Shown here piece by piece: positions 1 through 9,856 of a stretch of 64,000 bases of DNA; the stretch's first letter is position 1, and the number at the start of each line of letters is the position of its first letter. This DNA is from an uncultured Acidobacteriota bacterium (GTDB lineage: Bacteria > Acidobacteriota > Vicinamibacteria > Vicinamibacterales > UBA8438). The notes beneath the pieces were generated by a model. It searched no databases and was not told where the DNA came from. It saw nothing but the letters and a program-made list of their open reading frames with translations. A program made the translations under genes and the position numbers. The stretch spans positions 73,277 to 137,276 of the forward strand of contig CAJWLU010000010.1 of the NCBI GenBank assembly GCA_913043225.1. Reading direction: 5' to 3'.

Positions 1-753
1 GACCGGGAGATCGAGATCGCACCGGGTGTCTTCTTCCCCGCTTGGACCTACAACGGGCAGGTGCCAGGGCCGACGATTCGCGCCACGGCTGGCGACCGTA
101 TCCGGATCAACTTCGTCAACCAGGGCGCCCATCCGCACACCATCCACTTTCATGGCTGGCACACGCCAGAGATGGATGGGTCGCTGCCGGCCCATCAGGT
201 GATGCCTGGCGATCGGTTCGTATACGAGTTCGACGCCGACCCGTTCGGCGTCCACCTCTATCACTGTCACGCTAATCCGCTGAAGCGCCACGTGCATAAG
301 GGACTCTACGGCGCCTTCATCGTCGATCCGCCTGCCGAGACGCCGCGTCCCCCTGCCGACGAGCTCGTCATGGTGCTCAACGCATTCGACACCAACTTCG
401 ACGCCGAGAACGAGGTCTATGCGGTCAACACCGCGGCCAGCTTCTACATGCACGAGCCGGTTACGGTGCGGGTGGGCGAGCGGGTGCGGATGTATGTCGT
501 CAATCTGACTGAGTTCGATCTCATTAACAGCTTCCACCTCCACGCGATGTTCTTCGATGTCTTACGGACCGGGACCACCCTGGTTCCGACTGAGACTACC
601 GACACGATCATGCTGTGTCAGGGCGAGCGGGCCATCCTGGAGACCACCTTCCGCCACCCCGGTGACTTCATGTTCCACGCCCACCAGAGCGAGTTCGCTG
701 AGCTGGGGTGGATGGGACTCTTCAGGGCCGAGGAGCGCACCCACAGTGACTGA
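1..753 (+). CDS. Two-domain multicopper oxidase (type C-like), 5' end outside the window
   Basis: The frame is open from base 1 (DREIEIAPGVFFPAWTYNGQVPGP). Cu motifs HTIHFHG, HLYHCH...H...L, SFHLH and FMFHAH are present. The T1 Cys occurs only in domain 1. Confidence 0.88.
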   Translation, partial: DREIEIAPGVFFPAWTYNGQVPGPTIRATAGDRIRINFVNQGAHPHTIHFHGWHTPEMDGSLPAHQVMPGDRFVYEFDADPFGVHLYHCHANPLKRHVHKGLYGAFIVDPPAETPRPPADELVMVLNAFDTNFDAENEVYAVNTAASFYMHEPVTVRVGERVRMYVVNLTEFDLINSFHLHAMFFDVLRTGTTLVPTETTDTIMLCQGERAILETTFRHPGDFMFHAHQSEFAELGWMGLFRAEERTHSD

Positions 754-1945
754 GACGGCGTTATCAGCCGGGACCGGCTTCGCCTGGGGCCGCGCCCTTC
801 TGCCGCTGGTGTTGCTGTCCGGGTTGCTCGGTCTCATCTACTGGAACGGTCCGGCCGACGCGGTGCGAGGCGAGGACTTCCCACCGGTCGAAGAGCTTGC
901 GTTTCAGCGGGTCGCGCTGGGCCCAGACGGGATCGTGGCCACCGTGCTGAACGACGGGCCAGACACGGTCACGATTGCCCAGGTGCAGGTGGACGACGCC
1001 TACTGGTCGTTCACTTCCGAACCCGCGGCAACCTTGGGGCATCTTGGGCAGACCAGACTCACCATTCCCTATCCCTGGGTGAGTGGTGACGCGCACGTCG
1101 TGCGGATCGTTACCTCTACCGGGGTGACGTTCGATCACGAGGTCGCCGTGGCGGTGGAGGCCCCGCGTGCGGGCGTCCGGTTCTTCGCCGTCTTCGCCTT
1201 GATCGGAATCTATGTCGGAGTGATTCCGGTCGCCATCGGCCTGCTCTGGCTGCCGATGGTCGGGCGGATGGAGAAGCGGGGGCTAGACTTCATCCTGGCC
1301 TTGACCACCGGGTTGTTGCTGTTCCTGCTGATCGAGGCCGGGCACGACGGACTCGAGGCGGCCGCCTTGGCGCCCGGTTCGTTCCAGGCTGTCGCCCTGT
1401 TTCTTACCGTCACCGGCGCCTCGTTCCTCGGTCTGGAAATGGTGGGGGCCTGGCTGCGCACCCGGCAGAGCGTACCCGAAGCGGGGCGACGCGGCTGGGT
1501 GCTGGCCCTGCTGATCGCGACCGGCATCGGGCTGCACAACTTCGGCGAAGGGCTGGCCATCGGAGCCGCCTTCGCGCTAGGAGAGGCGGCGTTGGGCACG
1601 GTGCTCATTGTTGGGTTCACGCTGCACAACACGACCGAGGGACTCGCGATCGTGGCGCCGCTGGCCAGGACTCGCGTCCGGCTGGGACAGCTCGTCCGCC
1701 TCGGCATCTTGGGTGGCGCCCCGACGATCCTGGGTGCCTGGATCGGCGGTCTCGTTTACTCGCCGATTTGGTCGGTGGTTTGCCTGGCCTTGGGGGCGGG
1801 TGCCATCGCCCAGGTGATCCTGCAGCTGGTCAGGCAGACGGCCGGTGAGCAGCCGCTTGGCCGGCATCTGGCTACCACCCCGGTGGCGAGTGGACTACTG
1901 GTCGGGGTAGCCGTGATGTACGTGACGGGTCTCATCGTCGGATGA
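746..1945 (+). CDS. ZIP (ZupT/GufA)-family metal transporter with an N-terminal extracytoplasmic beta domain
   Basis: ZIP motifs GIGLHNFGEG and LHNTTEG, multiple TM helices. GTG at 746 follows AGGAG and overlaps the MCO 3' end. Confidence 0.88.
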   Translation: MTETALSAGTGFAWGRALLPLVLLSGLLGLIYWNGPADAVRGEDFPPVEELAFQRVALGPDGIVATVLNDGPDTVTIAQVQVDDAYWSFTSEPAATLGHLGQTRLTIPYPWVSGDAHVVRIVTSTGVTFDHEVAVAVEAPRAGVRFFAVFALIGIYVGVIPVAIGLLWLPMVGRMEKRGLDFILALTTGLLLFLLIEAGHDGLEAAALAPGSFQAVALFLTVTGASFLGLEMVGAWLRTRQSVPEAGRRGWVLALLIATGIGLHNFGEGLAIGAAFALGEAALGTVLIVGFTLHNTTEGLAIVAPLARTRVRLGQLVRLGILGGAPTILGAWIGGLVYSPIWSVVCLALGAGAIAQVILQLVRQTAGEQPLGRHLATTPVASGLLVGVAVMYVTGLIVG

Positions 1946-1988
1946 GGCGAACGACGTTCGATGGCGAGCTTGGAGATTGAGGACAACG

Positions 1989-2441
1989 ATGGAGCGTGAC
2001 GAAGAGTGGCGACCGAAGCGGTCCGGTCGGGGCGATAGTTGGGGCGGATCTCGCGGCGTGGTCGCGGCGGCGGTGGTCTTGGTGTTCGTGGGGCTCTTCC
2101 TGCTGCTGCCCCTGGCCGCCACCAGTACCCCCGTGGCGCGCGAGATCACGCTCGTCACCCGCGACATGGCGTTCTACCTCGAAGGCGACACGCGACCCAA
2201 CCCCACGATTCGGCTCCAGGCGGGCGAACGGGTCCGGTTCGTGCTGCGTAACCTCGACCCTGGCATCGACCACAACCTCGCGATCGACGACTGGGGCCTG
2301 GCGACTCGTACGATCGAGGCTGACACCGTTACCACCCTCGAGCTCGAGGCGCCTGCGGGGTCCGGTACGCAGAGCTACACCTGTTCTCCGCACCGTGAGA
2401 TGATGCGCGGCGTCATTGAGGTGGTCGGCGACCCACGCTGA
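1989..2441 (+). CDS. Membrane-anchored or secreted cupredoxin (blue copper) domain protein
   Basis: N-terminal hydrophobic segment; HNL...YTCSPHREMMRG supplies His/Cys/His/Met T1 ligands. Confidence 0.8.
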   Translation: MERDEEWRPKRSGRGDSWGGSRGVVAAAVVLVFVGLFLLLPLAATSTPVAREITLVTRDMAFYLEGDTRPNPTIRLQAGERVRFVLRNLDPGIDHNLAIDDWGLATRTIEADTVTTLELEAPAGSGTQSYTCSPHREMMRGVIEVVGDPR

Positions 2442-2468
2442 CGCGGCTGCCGTTGCGACACGGTCACT

Positions 2469-2909
2469 ATGGAGCTCGATACCGACAGCTGGTCGGGTGA
2501 GGGTGCGTTCACCCAGGTCCTGGTCGAAGCCCTGCGCACGATCGACGCCGTGTCGTTCGTCCGGGTCGAGGATGCCTCTTCTTCTCATGCGGACGTCGAG
2601 TACAACTTCATTAGCAACGAGCTGTTCGTACGGTTCCAGACTCGCGAGCGTGAAGTCCGGCAACGTCGGTTCGGAATGATTCCGGTTCGACGACAGGTGG
2701 AAGAAGCGGTGATGACTATGAACGGGCTCGAGCGCGAGCTGGGCGAGCTTGACGACGTTGGTTTGCCGGACTATGCCGATGATGGGATGCTGCAGTATCT
2801 GCGGACGGAGCGGATTGTGCCGGCCTATCAGACCCGTGGCTACAAGCTTGTTGAGCTCGTGCGGATCTACGAGGTTGGCGCGGACCGTCCCGATGAGGCC
2901 GAGACATGA
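2469..2909 (+). CDS. Hypothetical protein
   Basis: Protein-like 146-aa ORF with an ATGA overlap to the next gene. Confidence 0.7.
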   Translation: MELDTDSWSGEGAFTQVLVEALRTIDAVSFVRVEDASSSHADVEYNFISNELFVRFQTREREVRQRRFGMIPVRRQVEEAVMTMNGLERELGELDDVGLPDYADDGMLQYLRTERIVPAYQTRGYKLVELVRIYEVGADRPDEAET

Positions 2910-3337
2910 GTGACGTAGCCGATGTGCGCCAGCGCCTCCAACGGATGATCGAGCAGGCGCGCCAGGAAGCTGCCGAGCGCCGACGGCGAGCTGAGGAGGA
3001 CGCCGGCACTGCCGAGCGATTCCTTGAGTCGGTCGCCACGCCGGTCATGCAGCAGGTGGCAAGAGTGCTTCGCGTAGAAGGATTTGAGTTCCGTCTGTCG
3101 ACGCCGGCCGGTTCGGTGCGGCTGGTCTCGGAGCGGCAGAAGGAGGACTACGTGGACCTGTCGATCGACGCGACCGCTGATCCGGTCACGATTCTGACCG
3201 AGGTGGCGCATGCACGGGGCCGGCGCGTGTCCAGGGTCGAACGCCCGCTTGCGCCGGACGTTCCGCTTGGCCAGCTGACCGATGAGCACGTCCTTGCGTT
3301 TCTGCTGGATGCCCTCAAAGTTTTCGTGGCGCGGTAA
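2906..3337 (+). CDS. Hypothetical protein
   Basis: 143-aa ORF coupled to the upstream gene; helical N-terminus. Confidence 0.7.
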   Translation: MSDVADVRQRLQRMIEQARQEAAERRRRAEEDAGTAERFLESVATPVMQQVARVLRVEGFEFRLSTPAGSVRLVSERQKEDYVDLSIDATADPVTILTEVAHARGRRVSRVERPLAPDVPLGQLTDEHVLAFLLDALKVFVAR

Positions 3338-3713
3338 GAGGGTTAATCCAGAAAGCGTAGCTGACCGGGTAGCGAACCGCGACTCCCACGAGCACGCGTT
3401 CGCCAAGGAGAACGCGCACGGCACCCAGAACCATCGGTCCGACTGCGACACCCTGATCGATGAAGCTGCCCCGGAAGCTGGATCGGTCCGTGAAGTTCAC
3501 GAAGTTGCCCGCCTCGGTCTAGCGCCAGAAGCCCAGGGTTGCCCTGACGCCCACACGCGGTTGCACGCTCGCGATCCGGGTCGTCAGAAAGAGCCGGGCC
3601 ACGAAATTGAGAGAAACGGTGCGGGTTTTGAGGTCGAGCGGGAGTGGTCCTCCGCTTGGCGACAGAAAGTGCGCGTAGGCGGCGCCGGCCGTGAGCAGGA
3701 CCGTGCCCGGCAA
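3315..3713 (-). pseudogene. Degraded outer-membrane beta-barrel protein gene fragment
   Basis: ORFs 3519-3713 and 3315-3500 are in one frame, split by TAG at 3519-3521. The joined peptide ...VQPRVGVRATLGFWR*TEAGNFVNFTDRSSFRGSFIDQGVAVGPMVLGAVRV...VRY has the alternating beta-strand pattern. No signal peptide. Confidence 0.5.
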
Positions 3714-3763
3714 CGCGCAGCTAAGCCGCGTCGTCTCCGAAAGGCCTGCATGCCCTTGCCCCG

Positions 3764-4981
3764 TCAGATCACTTGCGCCTCGGCAAGCGCACCACGAGCG
3801 GCAGCGTTGTAGCCAAGCTCCTCGAGGATTGTGTCGGTGTGCTGACCGAGGGTTGGGGGCGGCGTGCGTACCCCGCCGGGGGTGGTAGCCAGTTTGACTG
3901 GCACGCCAAGGACCTGCATTGGTCCGACCTTGGGATGATCGACGCCGAGCACCATCAGCCGCTCCTGGAGCTGAGGGTCGGTCAGCACTTCAGCAAGATC
4001 CCGCACCGAGCCGCACGGGATGCCGGTAGTCTTGAGCGCCGACAGCCAGTCGGTACGGGTCCGGGTGCCGATCCGCTCGGCCAGCAGCGGGCGCAATGCA
4101 TCCTGGTTCTCGATCCGCCCTGCGTTGGTGGCGAAGCGCTCGTCCTCGGCCAACGCTGGCGTGCCGATGACACCACAGAATTTGACGAACAGGTTGTCGT
4201 TGCCGACTGCCACCACGATATCGCCATCTGAGGCGCTGAAGGTCTCGTAGGGCACGATGGTCGGATGCTGGTTGCCCAGTCTGGGCGGCGCTTGGCCGGT
4301 GGCGAAGTAGATGCCGGCCTGATAGGTCAAGACGGCCGCTACTGAGTCCAGCATCCCGACGTCGATGTGCTGGCCCTTCCCGGTGCGCTCGCGTGCCAGC
4401 AGGCCCATCGCGACGCCGTAGGCAGCGAACATACCGGTTACGATGTCGGCGATGGCGACCCCGAGCCGGTACGGGGTGCCGCCGGCGGGGCCGGTAATGC
4501 TCATCAGGCCACCCTCGCCCTGCATGACCGCGTCGTAGCCCGGTTCAGAGCTGCGCGGCCCAGTCTGGCCGAATCCGGAGATGGAGCAGTACACGAGATC
4601 CGGACGCGACGCCGACAGACTCGTGTAGTCCAACCCCTGACGGCCCAGCGCTCCGGGGCGGAAGTTCTCGACCAGCACGTCGGCTTCGGCGATCAGCTTG
4701 TCGAGCACCGCGCGGCCTTCAGCTTGCTTGAAGTTGAGGGTGATGCTTTCCTTGTTCCGATTCACACTGAGGAAGTAGGAGCTTTCACCCTTCTGGAACG
4801 GCGGCCCCCACCCCCGGGTGTCATCGCCCTTGCCTGGCTGTTCCACTTTGATGACGCGGGCGCCCATGTCGGCGAGCATCATCGTGCAGTAGGGGCCGGA
4901 GAGCACCCGGGTCAGGTCCAAGACGGTGAGTCCCGCCAACGGGCCGTTGTTGGTCGGATTGCTCGTCGCGTTGTCACTCAT
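3764..4981 (-). CDS. Family III CoA-transferase (CaiB/BaiF, formyl-CoA transferase-like)
   Basis: Motifs DLTRVLSGPYCTMMLADMGARVIKVE, NRNKESI, ENFRPG, GYD. Confidence 0.93.
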   Translation of the reverse strand: MSDNATSNPTNNGPLAGLTVLDLTRVLSGPYCTMMLADMGARVIKVEQPGKGDDTRGWGPPFQKGESSYFLSVNRNKESITLNFKQAEGRAVLDKLIAEADVLVENFRPGALGRQGLDYTSLSASRPDLVYCSISGFGQTGPRSSEPGYDAVMQGEGGLMSITGPAGGTPYRLGVAIADIVTGMFAAYGVAMGLLARERTGKGQHIDVGMLDSVAAVLTYQAGIYFATGQAPPRLGNQHPTIVPYETFSASDGDIVVAVGNDNLFVKFCGVIGTPALAEDERFATNAGRIENQDALRPLLAERIGTRTRTDWLSALKTTGIPCGSVRDLAEVLTDPQLQERLMVLGVDHPKVGPMQVLGVPVKLATTPGGVRTPPPTLGQHTDTILEELGYNAAARGALAEAQVI

Positions 4982-5035
4982 GCTGATTGTCTCACTCCAA
5001 GAATGCTGATCGCGCCGTGAACCGGCAGCGTCCGT

Positions 5036-6136
5036 TCACTGCGAGAAAGCGAGAGCCAAGCGGGCCAAGCCCTCGGCAAGAGGTGCCGCTGTGCCACCGA
5101 TGCCGACACGGAGATACCCCTCAAGATCGAACTGGGAGCCCGGGACGATCAGCACCCCGTGCTCGATCAAGAGCGTCTCGGCAAGTTCAGCGGAACCAAC
5201 CGAACCAGCATAGCCTATCAAGGTCACACCACCGGCCCGGGGCGGTGTCTGATGGTAGCCGTCTGTGGATTCGACCCAGCGCGCGACCCGCGCCTGATTG
5301 TCGAGGAGAATCCTGCGGGCCCGGGCCCGCAGTTGCTCCCGTTGATCGAGGGCCAGCTGGGCGAGGCGGTCGCTCAGGGTTCCGGAGACGATCGACGTGT
5401 AGTCTCGGCACCCCCACAGCTCCGCCACGGTGTCGGTCGGACCCACGACCCAGCCGACTCGGAGGCCCGGGAGTCCGTACGCTTTCGAGAGCCCGCTGAC
5501 CACCAGCGTCCGGTCATACCGACCCCACGCCGTCTCGGTGAGTGGTCCAGACAGCTCAGCGCCGCGATATACCTCGTCGGCCAGGATCCACGAACTATGC
5601 GTGGCCGCGATATCGCACAGCCGGTCGAGGTTAGCAGCATCGATCTGGCTTCCGGTCGGATTGTTCGGGTTGCTGAAGGCGATCAGGCGGGTGCGGGGGC
5701 TGACCGTCTCGGCGACAGCGTCGAGATCAAGCTGCCAGCCGTCCGGGCCTTCCTCGAGCCAGACCGGGTGGACGGTGGCGCCGAACGAGCGGGCGGTCCC
5801 CGCCACCTGCATGTAGTTAGGCTGGACTACGACGATCTCGTCGCCCGGTTCGATCAGGTGCCAGGCGCAGATGAAGTTAGCCTCGGAGCTGCCGTTGGTG
5901 ACCAGGATCTCGGCGAGTCCGGTTCCGGGGTAGAGCGTGGCTATCCGGTCGCGGAGTGCGGCGGTGCCGTTGGTCTGCGCGTAACCCAGCTCGGTCGGTC
6001 CCAGGACGTCACCGATTGCGTCGGTCAGCTCCTCCAGCCGGAGCGGTTTGACACCACTCTCCGAGAGGTTGATCTCCACCTGATGCTCGTGGAGCGACTG
6101 CCAGCGCTCGAGGTCGAATGAGGGGACCTGCATCAC
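5036..6136 (-). CDS. Class I/II PLP-dependent aminotransferase
   Basis: NPNNPTG, DEVY and GLSKAYGLPGLRVGW motifs. Confidence 0.92.
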   Translation of the reverse strand: MMQVPSFDLERWQSLHEHQVEINLSESGVKPLRLEELTDAIGDVLGPTELGYAQTNGTAALRDRIATLYPGTGLAEILVTNGSSEANFICAWHLIEPGDEIVVVQPNYMQVAGTARSFGATVHPVWLEEGPDGWQLDLDAVAETVSPRTRLIAFSNPNNPTGSQIDAANLDRLCDIAATHSSWILADEVYRGAELSGPLTETAWGRYDRTLVVSGLSKAYGLPGLRVGWVVGPTDTVAELWGCRDYTSIVSGTLSDRLAQLALDQREQLRARARRILLDNQARVARWVESTDGYHQTPPRAGGVTLIGYAGSVGSAELAETLLIEHGVLIVPGSQFDLEGYLRVGIGGTAAPLAEGLARLALAFSQ

Positions 6137-7539
6137 TGCGGGTCCTCGTCGTCAGGGTCGCCGAACATGTCCGCCATCTCCGGCGCCTGCAGGGGGCGTG
6201 GGGTCCGTTCGACCGTGTTGGTCTCCGGGATCGGTTCAGCGGCACTGACCCCAAGCTCCTTGAACCGGCGCGCGGTCACCAGGACCCGGGATTCGATGGT
6301 TCCGACGGTGCGGTTGTAGGCGTCCACCGTTCTGGTCAGTCCCTTGGACAGATCGTCGAGATGTCCAGCCAGCCGCCAGATCCGTTCGTACAACTCACGC
6401 CCGAGCTGACTGACCGTCTCGGCGTTTCTGGCGATCCGTTCTTGCTGCCACCCGTAGGCAACCGCACGCAGGAGCGCGATCAGGGTCAGCGGGCTGGCCG
6501 GGATTACGCGCTGGTCTACCCCGAACTCGATCAGTCCCGGGTCGTGCTTCAGGGCGGCGCTGAAGTAGCCTTCGCCGGGAAGGAACATAAAGACGAACTC
6601 CGGTGCCGGCTGGAACTGGGCCCAGTAGCCCCGGCTGCCAAGCTCGGTCATGTGCGCCTTTACCTGACCGGCGTGCTCCTTCAGCCGGGCGAGCCGCTCC
6701 TCCTGCCCTTGACTCTCCACCGCCTGGCGATAGGCAACATACGGCACCTTGGCGTCGACGATGATGCGTCGCCCGCCCGGCAGCTTCACCACCATGTCGG
6801 GGACGAGCTTGCGGTCGTCGGAGGTGACCGCCGTCTTCTCGGTGAAGTCGCAGTGGTCGAGCATGCCGGCCAGCTCGACCACCCGCCTGAGCTGTACCTC
6901 GCCCCACCCACCGCGGACATGTGGGGTCTGCAGGGCGCGCTCCAGGTTGGTCGTGGCGGTCGCGAGCGTCTGCAGTTGCTCGCCGAGCCTGGAGTTGGAG
7001 CTCGCCCTGTCGCGTTCCACCTCCTGCAGCTTCGCTTGGACCTGACCAAGGGTGTCCTGGAGTGGCCGCACGAGGTTGTCGATCGACTGCTGCCGATGGT
7101 CTAGGTCCACTGTCGCTTGTTTCTGTAACTCGCCGAGCGCGGTCTTCGCCAGTTGCAGAAACGACTGATTGTTGGCGCGCAGCGCCTCGGCCGAGACTGC
7201 CGCGAACGCCTCGCGCAGTGTCTGCTCCGCCTGTTCGAGCAGTCGGACCCGCTCGGCCGTGGAGCGGCGTTCGCCGTCGAGTTCGGCCGTCGCCCGGATC
7301 ACCCGTTCGGCCAGCTCGCTGGCGTGCTGCCGGGCCTCGCTCAGTTCCCGTTCACGCTGGGCCAGATCCTGTTCGAGCTGGTTCACCCGTTTGCCGATCT
7401 CCTCCGCCCGGGCCCGGGCGGCGGCGGCCTGTGCGGCGGCCGACGTGTTCCCACCGCCAGTTTTGGCGAGGAGCCAGCCCGCGGTCCCTCCGACCACAAG
7501 GCCAAGGGCTAGGCCTACGAGCAGCGAAACAGTGTCCAC
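6133..7539 (-). CDS. rmuC: DNA recombination protein RmuC
   Basis: N-terminal TM, coiled coil, RGGWGEVQL, PDMVVKLPGGRRIIVDAKVP, EFVFMFLPGE. Confidence 0.93.
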   Translation of the reverse strand: MDTVSLLVGLALGLVVGGTAGWLLAKTGGGNTSAAAQAAAARARAEEIGKRVNQLEQDLAQRERELSEARQHASELAERVIRATAELDGERRSTAERVRLLEQAEQTLREAFAAVSAEALRANNQSFLQLAKTALGELQKQATVDLDHRQQSIDNLVRPLQDTLGQVQAKLQEVERDRASSNSRLGEQLQTLATATTNLERALQTPHVRGGWGEVQLRRVVELAGMLDHCDFTEKTAVTSDDRKLVPDMVVKLPGGRRIIVDAKVPYVAYRQAVESQGQEERLARLKEHAGQVKAHMTELGSRGYWAQFQPAPEFVFMFLPGEGYFSAALKHDPGLIEFGVDQRVIPASPLTLIALLRAVAYGWQQERIARNAETVSQLGRELYERIWRLAGHLDDLSKGLTRTVDAYNRTVGTIESRVLVTARRFKELGVSAAEPIPETNTVERTPRPLQAPEMADMFGDPDDEDPQ

Positions 7540-7754
7540 GTCGAGGTCCTCTATTCGTCCGGGTGGGCGGACCGCCGAGCCGGTCGCTTAGCTGGCCGGA
7601 TCCGGTCACGGTCGTGACGCGTCCCACAGTGTAACTCGCCGTTGCGGCGTGTTTGGCCTCTCCGGGGGAACGCTTGAAGCACGACCTCCCGCGGCATAAC
7701 ATGTACGGTTCGGACTCTGACCGCCATCGTGTTCATACCAGGACAGGCCACGCG

Positions 7755-9101
7755 ATGAACGACCATGCGCTGCGGATCTACGACTCGATTCTCGGGTTGC
7801 GCTGTGACGCGGACAATCCGACGCCCCTCGTGCGGTTGAACCGCGTGGTGGGCTTCGAGCATACCCAGGTCTACGCGAAACTGGAGTGGTACAACCCGTT
7901 CGGTGCGGTCAAGGACCGGGTGGCGGACAACTTGCTCGAAGACGGCGAGGAGCGCCAGACCGTCGGGCCGGGCCAGAAGCTGGTCGAGCCGACCTCGGGC
8001 AATACCGGGATGGCCCTGGCGATGCTGGCCAACGCCAAGGGCTACTCGCTGACCACTCCCTTGTCGAGCGAGATTCCGCTGGAGAAGCGGACCATGCTCC
8101 GGTTCTTTGGCGCCGACGTCATGGAGCTGCAAGACACGCTGTGCCCTGCCCCTGGGGCGCCGGAGGGGGCGATCGCCAAGGCGATGGAGCTCGGTGACCG
8201 TTCCGACTTTCACATGCTCAATCAGTATGTGAACGAGGCGAATCCGGAGGCCCACTACAAGACCACGGGGCCAGAGATCTGGCGTCAGACCGAGGGGCGC
8301 GTGACGCACTTCGTGGCTGGATTGGGGACCTGCGGCACCATCACCGGCACCGGACGATATCTCAAAGAGCAGCGGGTGGACGTGCAGGTAATCGGCGTCC
8401 ATCCTATGGACGGACACGACATTCCTGGTGTCCGGAGCTTGCGCCAGCTCGAGCAGACCCAGCTGTTCCGGCCCGATGAGTACGACGCGGTTGTCGAGGT
8501 GGACGACGAGACAGCATACAACCTGTGCCTCCGGCTCAACCGGGAAGAGAGCATCACCGCCGGGCCGAGTTGCTCGATGGCGCTGGCCGGTGCGCTGAAG
8601 CTGGTGCCAGACAAGCCAGGCAACATTGTGGTCGTCATTTTTCCGGACAACGCGTTCAAGTACGCCTCCTCCTTTGTCCGGCATTTACCAGGGATGGCGG
8701 CGCAGGGGGCGACCAACGGCGCGGGCAAGAACCTGCTGATGGAGCGGATGCGCGAGAACATCCGTGGTAATTCGGAGCTAACCGTCGGGGTGGACGCTGC
8801 GCACGAACAATGGACCGAGAGCAAGCCGTTCGTACTGGACGTCAGGCCGCGCGAGCAGTACGACGAGGCGCACATTCCTGGCGCTTACAACGTGCCGCTC
8901 GCTGACCTGGCCGGCGAGAGCGGGGTCGAGGCGATCCTGCCCCAGGATCTGGACGCGCCGATTTTCAGTGTCTGCCAGCGAGGGAATGCGTCCTTGTCGG
9001 GGCTGCTGTTCCTGAAGTCGCTCGGCTATCGCAACGTGCGGAGCATGGACGGCGGCACGTTGGCCTGGCGAGAGAAAGGATACGAGACCGACTCGGCGTG
9101 A
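7755..9101 (+). CDS. PLP-dependent cysteine synthase (O-phosphoserine sulfhydrylase-like) fused to a C-terminal rhodanese
   Basis: AKLEWYNPFGAVKDR (PLP Lys), EPTSGNTG, GTCGT. The C-terminus has LDVRP..EQYDEAHIPGA..CQRGNAS..MDGGTLAW. Confidence 0.9.
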   Translation: MNDHALRIYDSILGLRCDADNPTPLVRLNRVVGFEHTQVYAKLEWYNPFGAVKDRVADNLLEDGEERQTVGPGQKLVEPTSGNTGMALAMLANAKGYSLTTPLSSEIPLEKRTMLRFFGADVMELQDTLCPAPGAPEGAIAKAMELGDRSDFHMLNQYVNEANPEAHYKTTGPEIWRQTEGRVTHFVAGLGTCGTITGTGRYLKEQRVDVQVIGVHPMDGHDIPGVRSLRQLEQTQLFRPDEYDAVVEVDDETAYNLCLRLNREESITAGPSCSMALAGALKLVPDKPGNIVVVIFPDNAFKYASSFVRHLPGMAAQGATNGAGKNLLMERMRENIRGNSELTVGVDAAHEQWTESKPFVLDVRPREQYDEAHIPGAYNVPLADLAGESGVEAILPQDLDAPIFSVCQRGNASLSGLLFLKSLGYRNVRSMDGGTLAWREKGYETDSA

Positions 9102-9102
9102 G

Positions 9103-9549
9103 ATGGTGCGGTCCGGACTGACCTTGCGGCCGGTGGCAGCGTCCGCGATCCGACACCACGGTCGCGAGACGTATCCCCACGAATGCTGTGGGGCCCTGAT
9201 CGGCCTCGGCGGACTCGTCACGGCCGCCCTGGCGCTGCCCAACACAACCGACGATGGGCCGCGGCGGCGGTTCTTGGTGCGTCCGAACGACTATCAGGCG
9301 GCCGAGCGGCACGCGGCCGAGCTGGACGCCGGGTTGCTTGGCTTCTACCACTCGCACCCGGACGCACCGGCTCGGCCATCGCGCTATGACCTCGAGCATG
9401 CCTGGCCGGTGTTCTCGTACGTGATCATCGGCGTGGACGGTGGCGACCCGGGCCAGATGACGTCATGGCGGCTCCGCAACGATCGGTCTGCGTTCGACCA
9501 AGAGCAGCTCATAGAGGCAGACCCGGATGATGAGGACGCCGGGGTATGA
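9103..9549 (+). CDS. mec: JAB/MPN (M67) metallopeptidase, Mec-like
   Basis: YPHECCG and JAMM motif YHSHPDAPARPSRYD; lies next to a sulfur carrier. Confidence 0.88.
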   Translation: MVRSGLTLRPVAASAIRHHGRETYPHECCGALIGLGGLVTAALALPNTTDDGPRRRFLVRPNDYQAAERHAAELDAGLLGFYHSHPDAPARPSRYDLEHAWPVFSYVIIGVDGGDPGQMTSWRLRNDRSAFDQEQLIEADPDDEDAGV

Positions 9550-9571
9550 AGAACGAAGACGGACAAAGACG

Positions 9572-9856
9572 ATGGCAACCAAGATTCTGATTCCCACCCC
9601 GCTGCGCGGTTACACCGGCAACCAGGAGGAGGTGGAGGCGACCGGCAGCACGGTCGGCGAGCTCCTGGCCAACCTGGCTAGCGAGCACACTGAGCTGCGC
9701 AAGCACCTGTACGGCGAGGATGGGTCGCTCCGGAACTTCGTGAACATCTACGTGAACGACGACGATATCCGGTATCTCGAGAAGGAACAGACCCCAGTGA
9801 CCGACGATGACACGGTCAGCATCATCCCGTCGGTGGCGGGTGGGAGCGGACGGTGA
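9572..9856 (+). CDS. MoaD/ThiS/CysO-type ubiquitin-like sulfur carrier
   Basis: IPTPLR..FVNIYVNDDDIR..IIPSVAGG followed by a 3-residue tail, SGR. Confidence 0.9.
   Translation: MATKILIPTPLRGYTGNQEEVEATGSTVGELLANLASEHTELRKHLYGEDGSLRNFVNIYVNDDDIRYLEKEQTPVTDDDTVSIIPSVAGGSGR

Noticed and set aside
1..753. Copper nitrite reductase (nirK) assignment
   Set aside because: Domain 2 has HLH and HAH motifs for a trinuclear cluster, which fits a two-domain MCO rather than NirK.
3519..3521. TAG as pyrrolysine or programmed readthrough
   Set aside because: The surrounding frame looks degraded and lacks an N-terminus, and there is no pyl evidence. A nonsense mutation is simpler.
3282..3812. 176-aa plus-strand ORF
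   Set aside because: No recognisable motifs, and it overlaps both neighbours. The minus strand carries the protein-like signal.
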